From: a virus
DNA length: 64,000 nucleotides
Reading direction: 5' to 3' (one strand)
Virus record (IMG/VR): IMGVR_UViG_3300035180_002250
Span: 1-64,000 of that record
Shown: piece after piece, positions 46,851-56,429 of the stretch
How the letters are laid out: every line of letters starts with the position of its first letter
Position numbering within the stretch: position 1 is the first letter of the stretch
Made by a program: the position numbers and the translations under genes
The notes under the pieces: generated by a model
Databases searched by the model: none
The model's input: the letters and a program-made list of their open reading frames with translations, nothing else
Told to the model about the DNA's origin: nothing

Positions 46851-47040
46851 TCTCAGACCCTTTCTTTGGTGTATTTAATCTCTTCTGGCATTCTCTTTCG
46901 AACCATCCTACCTCGCCATCCAAGGCTACCTTGTAGTGATCCATCTTGTGACTAATTCTTTTCGCTTCACTGATTTGATTATCCAGCGCAGCAAATAACT
47001 CTTTTTTTTGCAACCTTCCGAAAAATTTCCATAGTTTCAT
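46807..47040 (-). CDS. Hypothetical protein
   Basis: 77-aa ORF in the operon. Confidence 0.55.
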   Translation of the reverse strand: MKLWKFFGRLQKKELFAALDNQISEAKRISHKMDHYKVALDGEVGWFERECQKRLNTPKKGSENGACPITLPCNSNT

Positions 47041-47042
47041 TT

Positions 47043-47261
47043 TTATCTATGGCCTCCCCCGATAATGTGCTGCATGATAGCGTCGATAGTTGAATCAGTT
47101 TTTATTAATACATTCGTCTGCGCTATAGTTGCATCCTTGAGTTTGTCCAGTAGCAAATAGCCTTGCACTTCCCTGAGGATGATCCAAAGGAACATCACCA
47201 GTTGGACAGGCTCAGTCAGTATGCAGAATATCTTGCTGACTATAGTGACTATGGCATCCAT
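47043..47261 (-). CDS. Small membrane protein (holin-like)
   Basis: Hydrophobic N-terminal half followed by a coiled-coil-like tail. Confidence 0.5.
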   Translation of the reverse strand: MDAIVTIVSKIFCILTEPVQLVMFLWIILREVQGYLLLDKLKDATIAQTNVLIKTDSTIDAIMQHIIGGGHR

Positions 47262-47743
47262 TATTTGGTTCCTGTTGCTGCTGCAGTAGTATTAGCCACA
47301 GTAGAGGTACTGGTGTTGGTCGTAGTCGGGATATCCACAGAAGTCGAAGTATTTGTAGTTGTTGGGATACTGACATCACCCCCGGCCATATGCCCACCAG
47401 ACGTTGTGTTTGTGTTAATGTTAGGTTGTACAGATTTCATAGCACTGGACCACTCATGACTGACGGCCCAGTTCCCAAGTCCAAACATCCCAAGAGACAT
47501 AGCCATACTAATGGGAGAGGCCCATTCAGAATCTTTGATTTGGGCGACCTGAACAGGTTGATCCGGCATTAGAATGGACTGTTTCACCAGCCTCCCAGTC
47601 GAGTCGAATTCTTGAACAACACCTGGTTGCTGCCTGTTCTTGTTCGCATCCACAAGAGCTTGTGTGTAGCTCTTGTATGCTTCCTGGCTCGCACAGCCAC
47701 CAAGGATCATCGAGATAAGGATCATTAATAGTATTCTCTTCAT
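47261..47743 (-). CDS. Lipoprotein
   Basis: MKR plus hydrophobic core plus lipobox LGGC; Thr-rich repeated tail IPTTTNTSTS x2. Confidence 0.75.
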   Translation of the reverse strand: MKRILLMILISMILGGCASQEAYKSYTQALVDANKNRQQPGVVQEFDSTGRLVKQSILMPDQPVQVAQIKDSEWASPISMAMSLGMFGLGNWAVSHEWSSAMKSVQPNINTNTTSGGHMAGGDVSIPTTTNTSTSVDIPTTTNTSTSTVANTTAAATGTK

Positions 47744-47819
47744 TGTTCATTCTCCCTTGTTCGTTCACCTTTGCGACCTTTCTTCTTGGCTTCTTTTTTT
47801 AGGTCATTCTTGAAGACCA

Positions 47820-48071
47820 TCATTTCGGATCACTTCCCGTGCTTCCAAAGTGAAACAGTGCCAGCATATTAATAAGTTTGCTAAACAGACCTTGTACGCT
47901 CTTCCAAAGGTCATCATTGCCAACAGTTGCCTGGATTGCTTGAAGGACATAGTCCTTCTTTTCTTGCCCAGTTCCTTTATCAGGAATCGCTTTTTCAGCC
48001 AATACCATAAGTTCAACTACTGCCTGAATCAGACTCGGTAACGCCGCCAATACTTGCAGAAATGTTGTCAT
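47820..48071 (-). CDS. Holin-like protein
   Basis: V..AEKAIP..G.G.EKK..V pattern of LL-H-type holin-like proteins. Confidence 0.55.
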   Translation of the reverse strand: MTTFLQVLAALPSLIQAVVELMVLAEKAIPDKGTGQEKKDYVLQAIQATVGNDDLWKSVQGLFSKLINMLALFHFGSTGSDPK

Positions 48072-48072
48072 C

Positions 48073-48309
48073 TCAAATTCCTCCTATGATTTTCCATCTT
48101 GTCCAATACCACACTCTCACCCCAACATACATGATTGCAGCATGAATTGGGTGTCCCTTAGCTCTGACACAATCTCTTAGCCCACGATCAGCCTTCAGGC
48201 GCAGCGTAGCATCTTTGAGATGCCACGCCTCCTCGCATTGCCAGTCGTGCCAGACGCAACAGCCTAACCAACTTCCGTTGAAGTAACAGGTGCATCGATT
48301 GTCTTGCAT
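48073..48309 (-). CDS. Phospholipase A2-like / DUF1353-like small protein
   Basis: CCVWHDWQC..ADRGLRDCV..A.IMYVGVR. Confidence 0.6.
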   Translation of the reverse strand: MQDNRCTCYFNGSWLGCCVWHDWQCEEAWHLKDATLRLKADRGLRDCVRAKGHPIHAAIMYVGVRVWYWTRWKIIGGI

Positions 48310-48476
48310 TCAGCCTCCGTTGGTGGAACAGGTACATATTCTTCCTTGCATACAGCATTCTCCACGGCTTGCTTAAATTCATATACTAAATCGATAACTT
48401 GCCCAGAAAAAGTTGTGCTCTGAATCATCTGCTTACAAAGTTCTTTGTGTTCCGGCTTGTTAAAAACCATAATCAT
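48264..48476 (-). CDS. Hypothetical protein
   Basis: 70 aa; RBS AGGAGG. Confidence 0.6.
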   Translation of the reverse strand: MIMVFNKPEHKELCKQMIQSTTFSGQVIDLVYEFKQAVENAVCKEEYVPVPPTEAECKTIDAPVTSTEVG

Positions 48477-48523
48477 CCTCCTTGTGTTGATTTGTTGTCT
48501 CGTTCTTATGTCGATCTGTTATC

Positions 48524-48844
48524 TCATACTTGTGTTGATTGCTTATCTCGTTCTTGCGCCAATTTCAAATAATAACTGAAGATCGCTGCATAGATTTGTG
48601 CTATAGTCATTGTTGCCCCAGTATCTGCTCCTGTCTCTGGATTAATTATCTGAATCGTTTCATCCACATTAGCCACTGTTTTCGAAAGCGTTCCCGCTGG
48701 TTGAGTTATCTTGGTATCACCAAGAGACACAAGAGTCTCCTCGATGAAATCTACTCTTGGAGTTTGTCCGTACTCGTTCCAGATTTGGATAACTTTAGCT
48801 CTTTGCCAAGATTGACCGCTTACTGTTGATTCTTTGTAGTTCAT
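48524..48844 (-). CDS. Tail-fibre-associated protein
   Basis: 106 aa directly downstream of the tail fibre; NPETG..TG motif. Confidence 0.55.
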   Translation of the reverse strand: MNYKESTVSGQSWQRAKVIQIWNEYGQTPRVDFIEETLVSLGDTKITQPAGTLSKTVANVDETIQIINPETGADTGATMTIAQIYAAIFSYYLKLAQERDKQSTQV

Positions 48845-48856
48845 GTTGTTTACCCC

Positions 48857-51800
48857 TTAGTTTTGATTCGCTTGTAATATTTCCACCATCGATATGAGCT
48901 TCTGCACTGCTCCGTACATGACTGCGTATAATTGATCGACATTCAAATCAAGACAATCCTCGATTACTTGTTCAGTACTATCACTTAGTTTTACTGTAAA
49001 TGGTTTAACTGAAACGGATTTGCTGAACACCTTCTGCACATCTTGGGCTATCCATCCAAGTTTATGTCTATCTTTAACTTGATCTTCTGTATAGACACCT
49101 TCTTTCCAACAAAACCGTTTTAACGGAAGTCCTTTTACAATTTCATAACATCTATCGATATTTGCTAAACTGATGTCTGTTTTAAGCCGTTCATCTGAGG
49201 ATACTGTCCAAGTAGTTGTAGATGGCTTTGCTGCACTGTCTGAACTGAGAGTTAATTGATACCCAGGCGCTGTCGTTCCGATTCCGACATAACCTTTCAG
49301 AATAGTCTTTGTAATCGAATCATTCCCCAAAACTACACTATTACTACCAACGCCAGTAGCACTCGCTCCAATCACAATCTCATTCGTATCTCCGTCCGCC
49401 AGAGCCATTGTGTTGTAGCCAAGGTAGACTGAATTATTTGAAGTTTGATTAGGGGTGCTACCACCAGTTATATAACGACCAGCATTCATGCCTTGTGCTA
49501 TATTGTTATAGCCTGAGAAGATTGAATAAAGCGCATTCATGCCTTGTGCTGTATTGTTATAACCTATGCTGTTTAAATAAAGAGCATACACCCCTTCTGC
49601 TGTATTGTTATAGCCTGTGACGTTATACCCACCTACTCCAATACCTATAAATGTGTTATATAGTGCATTACTAGTAGAGCGGATTTCAAATGTGTTACCT
49701 CCAGCAGAGTTTGTAATAGCATATATCGGATTGTAAGACCCAGTAATTTGTTTGATAGATATTGTAATAGTTCCAGTTAAGTTTATAGTGGGGTCCATGG
49801 CCAGCGTTCCAGTTGTAGTAGCTTTCATTATCCAAGAGCCTGACGAGGCAATTCCATTGAGTACTTGCCCACCAAAATATAGATTAAATGACCCAGCAGT
49901 CCTATTTGTGACTGTGTATACAAGGTTATAGACATTTCCAACCACAGCAGCTAGAGTATTGGAGACAGCACCAGTATAGTTAGCCAGATGAGTAAAGCCA
50001 GAAGGCCAACCACCGAAAAAGGAACCGTATGTCCATCCAGAAGAAGTAAGTAGTTCTGAACTAAATGGAGCTGATTCAAGCGTAGTAGTTGACCTCTGAG
50101 TTAGTTGTGAAGAGGGAAGCGTCGTACCAATACCAACATTTCCTTCCACAGCTAATCCATTTGGTGGACCCGGTAATCCAGAATACGTTGATCCAATCGT
50201 AATTGCTCCTACAACCCCGAGGTTGCTTCCTGGAGAGGTTGTCCCGAGACCTACGTTGCCTTTCAGAATAGTCTTTGTAATCGAATCATTCCCCAAAACT
50301 ACACTATTACTACCAGCACCAACAGTACTCGCTCCAATCACAATCTCATTCGTATCTCCGTCCGCATAAGCCATTGTGTTGTAACCAAGGTAGACTGAAT
50401 TATTTGAAGTTTGATTGGGGGTGCTTCCGCCAAATATATAATTACCAGCATTCACGCCTTGTGCTATATTGTTATAGCCTGTGAAGTTTGAATAAAGAGC
50501 CTGCATCCCTTGTGCTGTATTGTTGTAGCCTAAGGTGTTTGTAGAAAGAGCATACACACCTTCTGCTGTATTGTTATATCCTAGGATATTATACCCACCT
50601 GCTCTAATCCCTATAAATGTATTATATAGTGCATCACCAGTAGAGCGGATTTCAAATGCGTTACCTCCAGCAGAGTTTGTAATAGCATACGTCGGATTGT
50701 AAGCCCCAGTAATTTGTTTGATAGACATTGCAATAGTTCCATCAAAGTCGGTAGTGGGTGTAATGGACAGCGTTCCAGTTGAAATAGCTTTATTCCCCCA
50801 ATAGCCTGTTGAGGTAACTGAAGATGTTGTTACTCCACCAAACGTTACACTGAATGACCCAGCAGTCCTACCTGTAACTGTGTATGTAATGTAATAGATA
50901 TTTCCAATCACAGCAGATAGAGTATTGGTGAGACTACCAGTATTATTAAGCATATGAGTAAAGCCGCTAGGCCAAGACCCTGCCCATCCTGTGTATGCCC
51001 ATCCAGAGAAAGTAAGTAGTTCAGAACTAAGTTGAACTGATTCAAGCGTAGTAGTTGACTTCTGAGTTAGTTGTGAAGAGGGACTCGTCGTCCCAATACC
51101 AACATTCCCTTCCACAGCTAATCCATTTGTTGGGCCATTTAACCCAGCATACGTTGATCCAATCGTAATTGCTCCTACAACCCCGAGGTTGCTTCCTGGA
51201 GAGGTTGTCCCGAGACCTACGTTGCCTTTCAGAATAGTCTTTGTAATCGAATCATTCCCCAAAACTACACTATTATTACCAACGCCAGTAGCCCCAGTTC
51301 CAATCACAATCTCATTCGTATCTCCGTTCGCCAGAGCCATTGTGTTGTAGCCAAGGTAGACTGAATTATTTGAAGTTTGATTAGGGGTGCTACCACCAGT
51401 TATATAACGACCAGCATTTGCGCCTTGTGCTAAATTGTTGTATCCTGTTGTGTTCGAATAAAGAGCGTACACCCCTTGTGCTGAATTGTTGTATCCTGTT
51501 GTGTTCGAAGAAAGAGCATACACTCCTTTTGCTGTATTATTATAACCTGTTGTATTATACCCACCTACTCCAATACCTATAAATGTGTTATATAGTGCAT
51601 TACTAGTAGAGCGGATTTCAAATGTGTTACCTCCAGCAGAGTTTGTAATAGCATATATCGGATTGTAAGACCCAGCAATTTGTTTGATAGATATTGTAAT
51701 AGTTCCATCAAAGTCGGTAGTGGGTGTAATGGACAGCGTTCCAGTTGAAATAGCTTTTGGCCCCCAAGAGCCTGACGAGGTAATTGAAGAGAATGTTACT

Positions 51801-53035
51801 CCACCAAACGTTATGGTTAATGACCCAGCAGTCCTACCTGCAACCGTATATGTAATTTGATATACAGATCCAATCACCCCAGATAAAGTATTGGTGAGAT
51901 TAATAGTATTACCAGTCACATGAGTAAAGCCACTAACCCAATAACCTGTCCATCCTGTGGATACCCATCCAGAGGAAGAAAGTAGTTCGGTACCAAGTTG
52001 AGCTGATTCCAGCGTAGTAGTTGACATCTGAGTTAGTTGTGAAGAGGGACTCGTAGTACCAATACCAACATTCCCTTCCACAGCTAATCCATTCGTCTGG
52101 CCCTCTAACATAGCGTAAGTTGATCCAATCGTAACTGCTCCGGCTACACCGAGTTTACTTCCTGGGTAGGCTGTACCGAGACCGACATTACCTGTGTTAT
52201 AGTAAATGTTGGAACCAGAGGTTACCCATTGGCTACTGCTTCCACTGGCAGCTGTTGTCTGAGTTGTTCCGTCAGGAAATTTGAAACCCCCAGTCATAGA
52301 CTCAATAGTACCCACTACAGATAATTTTTGCCCAGGACTAATCGTTCCAATACCAACATTATTACTGAAAAACACATTTCCGTTTGCAAGAACATTACCA
52401 ACTGCTGAACCAGAAGAATTAACAAAAGACGTGATAGGCCATTGGATACTTGTAATCATTACAGAAGGCCATGTAACCGCCGAGTCCACTACACATGTGG
52501 TGCTATCCGTCCAGCTTTGAATGTAACGAGTCTGTCCGACAGCAGTCAACATCACTCCAAACACAGGAGAAGTTGAATCATACCCAGCCAACACAGCATC
52601 AGCAGCACTTGAAAAGGTCACAGTAGTAGAACCAGATGCCGAGACAGTACCTGCGAATCCAGAATTAATAACTGTTGAGCCTTTTGTTATTAATGAAGCT
52701 CTATCAATATATGTTTTTACTGCTTTTTGTGATGGAATCCTTAAGTCGGAATTTCCAGACAATTTTGTGTCTGTGTCAATCTTAGCTGTAAGTGTCGCAG
52801 GTGTGATGACAAGGCTGGAGTCTGCACCAATAATAGTTTCATCCCCTGTAGCCAGTTCTACTACTCCTGCACACGTAGTAGTAGCTGCTGATGTATTACT
52901 AATTGGGTATTCAGTCCCAGCATCATTCTTAACATAAATATGTCCATCAGTTTTGGGATAAAGACAGATTGTTCCGGAGGGAACTGTAATTGGAGCATCT
53001 CCTTTACCTATAATAATTTTACCGGCATCCGCCAT
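48857..53035 (-). CDS. Long tail fibre with three 322-aa repeats and a C-terminal intramolecular chaperone (peptidase S74)
   Basis: GNVGIGTTSP repeats, NTTGYNN.A.G..AL beta-helix repeats, SDERLKTDI..GWIAQDV chaperone motif. Confidence 0.9.
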   Translation of the reverse strand: MADAGKIIIGKGDAPITVPSGTICLYPKTDGHIYVKNDAGTEYPISNTSAATTTCAGVVELATGDETIIGADSSLVITPATLTAKIDTDTKLSGNSDLRIPSQKAVKTYIDRASLITKGSTVINSGFAGTVSASGSTTVTFSSAADAVLAGYDSTSPVFGVMLTAVGQTRYIQSWTDSTTCVVDSAVTWPSVMITSIQWPITSFVNSSGSAVGNVLANGNVFFSNNVGIGTISPGQKLSVVGTIESMTGGFKFPDGTTQTTAASGSSSQWVTSGSNIYYNTGNVGLGTAYPGSKLGVAGAVTIGSTYAMLEGQTNGLAVEGNVGIGTTSPSSQLTQMSTTTLESAQLGTELLSSSGWVSTGWTGYWVSGFTHVTGNTINLTNTLSGVIGSVYQITYTVAGRTAGSLTITFGGVTFSSITSSGSWGPKAISTGTLSITPTTDFDGTITISIKQIAGSYNPIYAITNSAGGNTFEIRSTSNALYNTFIGIGVGGYNTTGYNNTAKGVYALSSNTTGYNNSAQGVYALYSNTTGYNNLAQGANAGRYITGGSTPNQTSNNSVYLGYNTMALANGDTNEIVIGTGATGVGNNSVVLGNDSITKTILKGNVGLGTTSPGSNLGVVGAITIGSTYAGLNGPTNGLAVEGNVGIGTTSPSSQLTQKSTTTLESVQLSSELLTFSGWAYTGWAGSWPSGFTHMLNNTGSLTNTLSAVIGNIYYITYTVTGRTAGSFSVTFGGVTTSSVTSTGYWGNKAISTGTLSITPTTDFDGTIAMSIKQITGAYNPTYAITNSAGGNAFEIRSTGDALYNTFIGIRAGGYNILGYNNTAEGVYALSTNTLGYNNTAQGMQALYSNFTGYNNIAQGVNAGNYIFGGSTPNQTSNNSVYLGYNTMAYADGDTNEIVIGASTVGAGSNSVVLGNDSITKTILKGNVGLGTTSPGSNLGVVGAITIGSTYSGLPGPPNGLAVEGNVGIGTTLPSSQLTQRSTTTLESAPFSSELLTSSGWTYGSFFGGWPSGFTHLANYTGAVSNTLAAVVGNVYNLVYTVTNRTAGSFNLYFGGQVLNGIASSGSWIMKATTTGTLAMDPTINLTGTITISIKQITGSYNPIYAITNSAGGNTFEIRSTSNALYNTFIGIGVGGYNVTGYNNTAEGVYALYLNSIGYNNTAQGMNALYSIFSGYNNIAQGMNAGRYITGGSTPNQTSNNSVYLGYNTMALADGDTNEIVIGASATGVGSNSVVLGNDSITKTILKGYVGIGTTAPGYQLTLSSDSAAKPSTTTWTVSSDERLKTDISLANIDRCYEIVKGLPLKRFCWKEGVYTEDQVKDRHKLGWIAQDVQKVFSKSVSVKPFTVKLSDSTEQVIEDCLDLNVDQLYAVMYGAVQKLISMVEILQANQN
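49275..52180. repeat. 966-bp coding tandem repeat x3
   Basis: Anchor GCTAATCCATT at 50151, 51117 and 52083 (period 966); boundaries approximate. Confidence 0.9.
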
Positions 53036-53038
53036 ATC

Positions 53039-53266
53039 TTACCTCACACAGAGAATAGATTCACTACCAAGAACAATCGTCCCAAAATTAAATAGCATTC
53101 CTGAAGCTATAGCGTATTCTTGCCTATCCCCAACAGTAACTGTTTCTCCAAGTTCAATTTTCCACTTAGGATAAGAACTTGCGGATGATTGCATGGGCAA
53201 AGAATCTGCACCTAACAATTCTTTTATTATGCCATCATAATTACATAGTGGACGCTTCTCAGCCAT
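53039..53266 (-). CDS. Small tail-associated protein
   Basis: MAEKRPL..DG.I.EL..AD.L; operon context. Confidence 0.6.
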   Translation of the reverse strand: MAEKRPLCNYDGIIKELLGADSLPMQSSASSYPKWKIELGETVTVGDRQEYAIASGMLFNFGTIVLGSESILCVR

Positions 53267-53277
53267 ATTAATTATCC

Positions 53278-53877
53278 TTATGCCAAAACAATAGGAATTT
53301 CAGACTGAAAGTTCATAGCTGTAGTGCTAATAGCAAAGCCAACTCTTTGAACGACATTACCTGACCCGGTAGGAGCCGTAGAAGTAATACCTCCAGGAAT
53401 AGAGGCTGACAGATACAAAACACCAGGAGTCAGCCCAGTGCACTGAGCATTTGTTCCTTCAAAATAAACTGTAGCACTATTCCCGGCTGTCGCAGCGGCT
53501 AGAATAAACCCATGAGCTTCTTTTCCAGGAGTAGAAGCATCGGCTTTTCTGCATTTAGCAGTACCTGTAGAATTATAAATATTCACCAAGTCACCAGCTG
53601 CTAAATTCTCTGATGCTTCAACTAAAGCCGTATCGGCGCCAACTCCAGTTGGCATCATGGTACTGCTTATTTTCCCTGTTGCATCCAGAGACACAACTTT
53701 TCCAGCATCACTTGATCCACCTGATGAATCAGTAGAATTAACAATTGTAGTATCTAATACTCCATTAGTATTTAATGCTGGAATTTTCCCTGCGTCTACA
53801 TCACCAGCACTGCTTTGTACTGACTGTTCTTCCCTAATATACCCGCCAGATTGTTTCAAATATTTTTCTGATGCCAT
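53278..53877 (-). CDS. Virion structural protein (tail/cement-like)
   Basis: ASENLAAGDLVN..RKADA..EAHGF..G..YLS..G..VQRVG.A.S. Confidence 0.6.
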   Translation of the reverse strand: MASEKYLKQSGGYIREEQSVQSSAGDVDAGKIPALNTNGVLDTTIVNSTDSSGGSSDAGKVVSLDATGKISSTMMPTGVGADTALVEASENLAAGDLVNIYNSTGTAKCRKADASTPGKEAHGFILAAATAGNSATVYFEGTNAQCTGLTPGVLYLSASIPGGITSTAPTGSGNVVQRVGFAISTTAMNFQSEIPIVLA

Positions 53878-53885
53878 GTTTCCCC

Positions 53886-54374
53886 CTAATTTCCTAGTAT
53901 AATTGGTTCCCCTATATCAACGATCATTGTATTTGAATTAATTGGAAATCCTAGAACAACGATTGACCCATTTTGTGGTAACACTTGAGTCAATGTCCCG
54001 TTCTCCCCTAGATAAATCAACCTAGTTATATCCCATACCCAGGATGGTTCTTCGATTTCACCATCTTTGATCACTTTGATCTGACCACCCTCCACAGCCG
54101 CCGTAACAGATATCCCAATAATTCTTTTTAAGCATTGCAAATTCATTCTGTCTGCATAAACGGCTTCCCCATTTTCATCAATTGATATTACTCTATGCCC
54201 ACTTATTGGTCTAGAAACAGGTACCCAGAATCCCACACCACCAGGAGACCCCGGTGGCCCAATATCTTTAGATACTACGATTTGCACTGGCTGTTGCGTA
54301 GTATCTAAAAAAGTATCAATCTGTGGAGTTACTGAAATTATATGGTCTATTTTAGTATAAATTATATCAGTCAC
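53886..54374 (-). CDS. Virion structural protein, related to 53278
   Basis: GPPG..ISGHRV..YAD..GIS..W.W..IYLGENGTLTQ. Confidence 0.6.
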   Translation of the reverse strand: MTDIIYTKIDHIISVTPQIDTFLDTTQQPVQIVVSKDIGPPGSPGGVGFWVPVSRPISGHRVISIDENGEAVYADRMNLQCLKRIIGISVTAAVEGGQIKVIKDGEIEEPSWVWDITRLIYLGENGTLTQVLPQNGSIVVLGFPINSNTMIVDIGEPIILGN

Positions 54375-54778
54375 TGTATTACTCGTGTAACGGCGGCTAT
54401 AATATTTGCTGTTCCATACTGTTTAAGTACTGTTTCACCAAAAGAATTCATTAAGAATAAATCATATACTCCTATAATGTCTTTAAAACCTACACATAGC
54501 CCCAATGTGTCATTATCTCTTATATATACTCTATAAAAACCATTACTAGGGTTTGTTATATAAATTCCTGTTGCTAAATCTGGTGTAAAAGTTCCTGGTA
54601 TATATAAAATATTTAATAAAGATCCTGTATCTGTAATTTTCTTTTTTACAGACATCCTTGCTGAGTACCCTGTCAAATCGACAGCGACAGCTGGATCTCC
54701 TGTTTTCCATTGGTATGTTTGGTCAAACGTACCACCTTCATAGATCGTAATATCAATATTGGCAGCTACACATCCCAC
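54371..54778 (-). CDS. Baseplate/fibre adaptor-like protein
   Basis: DITIYEGGTF..VDLTGYSARM.VK..GVYDL pattern. Confidence 0.6.
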   Translation of the reverse strand: MGCVAANIDITIYEGGTFDQTYQWKTGDPAVAVDLTGYSARMSVKKKITDTGSLLNILYIPGTFTPDLATGIYITNPSNGFYRVYIRDNDTLGLCVGFKDIIGVYDLFLMNSFGETVLKQYGTANIIAAVTRVIQ

Positions 54779-54906
54779 ATACCACCTCTACAATTTATGC
54801 AATTTATTTAAGGTTAATAAGGTATTTTTTACAATAAATTTAATACAATCAATTATATACCACTTTAGCCAATACCAAGACCTAACTTATATATATATAT
54901 ATAAAA

Positions 54907-54957
54907 TTCGCCTTATACCCACATGTCTAAAAGTATGGGTTTACGGCGTTTTTGGTA
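54907..54957 (-). mobile_element. Orphan IS200/IS605 left-end remnant
   Basis: TTCGCCTTATACCCACATGTCTAAAAGTATGGGTTTACGGCGTTT matches 45254-45299 TTCGCCTTATATCAACATGTCTAAAGTCAGGGGGTTTACGGAGTTT. Confidence 0.75.
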
Positions 54958-55050
54958 ATGTTAATAATGTTATCACTAATTGAATATGCTATTAATATAT
55001 ATATTAAATAATGAGTAATTTACTTAACATTTTTAATGTAGATTAAACTG

Positions 55051-56334
55051 CTATATGTAGTACTTTTTAATGCGTGTAACCATCTCAAACACAAATCCAC
55101 TACATGTAACATAGTTAATCCAAGTGCTCCAAAATTTACTGGTTGTAAAAACAGAATCATTGCTTAAACATGGTATAATTTTGTTACAGGTAGCCAACGT
55201 AAGCACTTTGTTCTCTTTTTTGCAGTTATCAACAATAGTGATTAGTGTCTCAATTTTTTTTATATCACTATCCTTGGTACAATTTTTTAAAGCGTAGGTT
55301 AGATGCTCAATAAGCTCTTCAAAACGGTCTACACTCAATTCTGGTGAGTAGTATCTATTTTCAGTTATAATTTTTCCAATTCTTATGTTATTCAACTCTG
55401 TTTGTTTTTCACGATGCTCTAATATTATATTATTCTGTAACTCTTTTACCCCTGATTTAGAAAAGAACAAAAAGTATTTTAAATTACCAGTGTTTGTTTT
55501 CTTTACAAATTTAATATTGCAGTCAATACCACAATTTATACAAAGTAATTTAAACGCAGCTAAAAAATTATAGTTTATGGAATATAGCTTACACACTGGA
55601 AATTTGTTATTATTGGTATTAGAATAGATAATGCCATCAATATCTAAAATTCCAGAAATATAACCATATAAAAACTCTAATGGTGGTGTAGAGGTAGAAT
55701 CATTAGTTACACACAAGTCTAAAATATTTGATGTATTATCAATATGTTTAGTAGAAATAAAACTTCGCACTTTTGGTGCATTATGCACAGACAATATTTT
55801 GTTATCAATATACTCGAATGTGACTGAATTTCCATCGATATTTTTGATATATTGTTTTATTTTTTCAAGTAAAATTTCGTTTTTAGTTGTTATGTTAAAA
55901 GAAACACGGTCCCCATCGTTGATAAATTTTTTAGGTACCCAAAATGTAGTTGCACATACTCCAGACAACCATCCTAATTCCCTATTAAGGGTATATTCAA
56001 AATTGACATCGATTAGTTTACCATCTTTTTCAGGGGTAGTTGTTGATATAGCGTAATTATTTTCTTTTAATGTGTTATTATTATTTTTATATAATCCATA
56101 GTAACCGATAAACTTTGGTACAACCATTTTATAGGTTGGTTTAACTCGTACTTCTTCCAAATCTTCATTCAATGTGTTAATAAGAAATTGATCATCCTGG
56201 GTATAGTAGTACGCGGTTCCGGTATTGGTTTCAACTTCGGTAAGATACTTTTTTGATTTGTCTCTGTTACAACTATGATTTTGTAAATAAACGTACATTT
56301 TTATTTCCCCTTTCGATGATTTCATATTGTTCAA
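55051..56334 (-). CDS. Free-standing intein-derived LAGLIDADG homing endonuclease-like protein
   Basis: LGWLSGVCA and FLYGYISGILDIDG; colinear with the intein in the adjacent RNAP gene. Confidence 0.75.
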   Translation of the reverse strand: MNNMKSSKGEIKMYVYLQNHSCNRDKSKKYLTEVETNTGTAYYYTQDDQFLINTLNEDLEEVRVKPTYKMVVPKFIGYYGLYKNNNNTLKENNYAISTTTPEKDGKLIDVNFEYTLNRELGWLSGVCATTFWVPKKFINDGDRVSFNITTKNEILLEKIKQYIKNIDGNSVTFEYIDNKILSVHNAPKVRSFISTKHIDNTSNILDLCVTNDSTSTPPLEFLYGYISGILDIDGIIYSNTNNNKFPVCKLYSINYNFLAAFKLLCINCGIDCNIKFVKKTNTGNLKYFLFFSKSGVKELQNNIILEHREKQTELNNIRIGKIITENRYYSPELSVDRFEELIEHLTYALKNCTKDSDIKKIETLITIVDNCKKENKVLTLATCNKIIPCLSNDSVFTTSKFWSTWINYVTCSGFVFEMVTRIKKYYI

Positions 56335-56429
56335 CTGAGTAATAAGGGTTGCAACGGTACTTAACTAAGGTTAAGGTATAGTACCTAAATTAATTAACAT
56401 ATTTAATTATGCCCAGTATAATTAAAAGG

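Noticed and set aside
49275-52180. Tail-fibre repeats as a diversity-generating retroelement TR/VR pair
   Set aside because: The repeats are 966-bp in-frame modules, the differences do not appear adenine-specific, and no reverse transcriptase is in the window.
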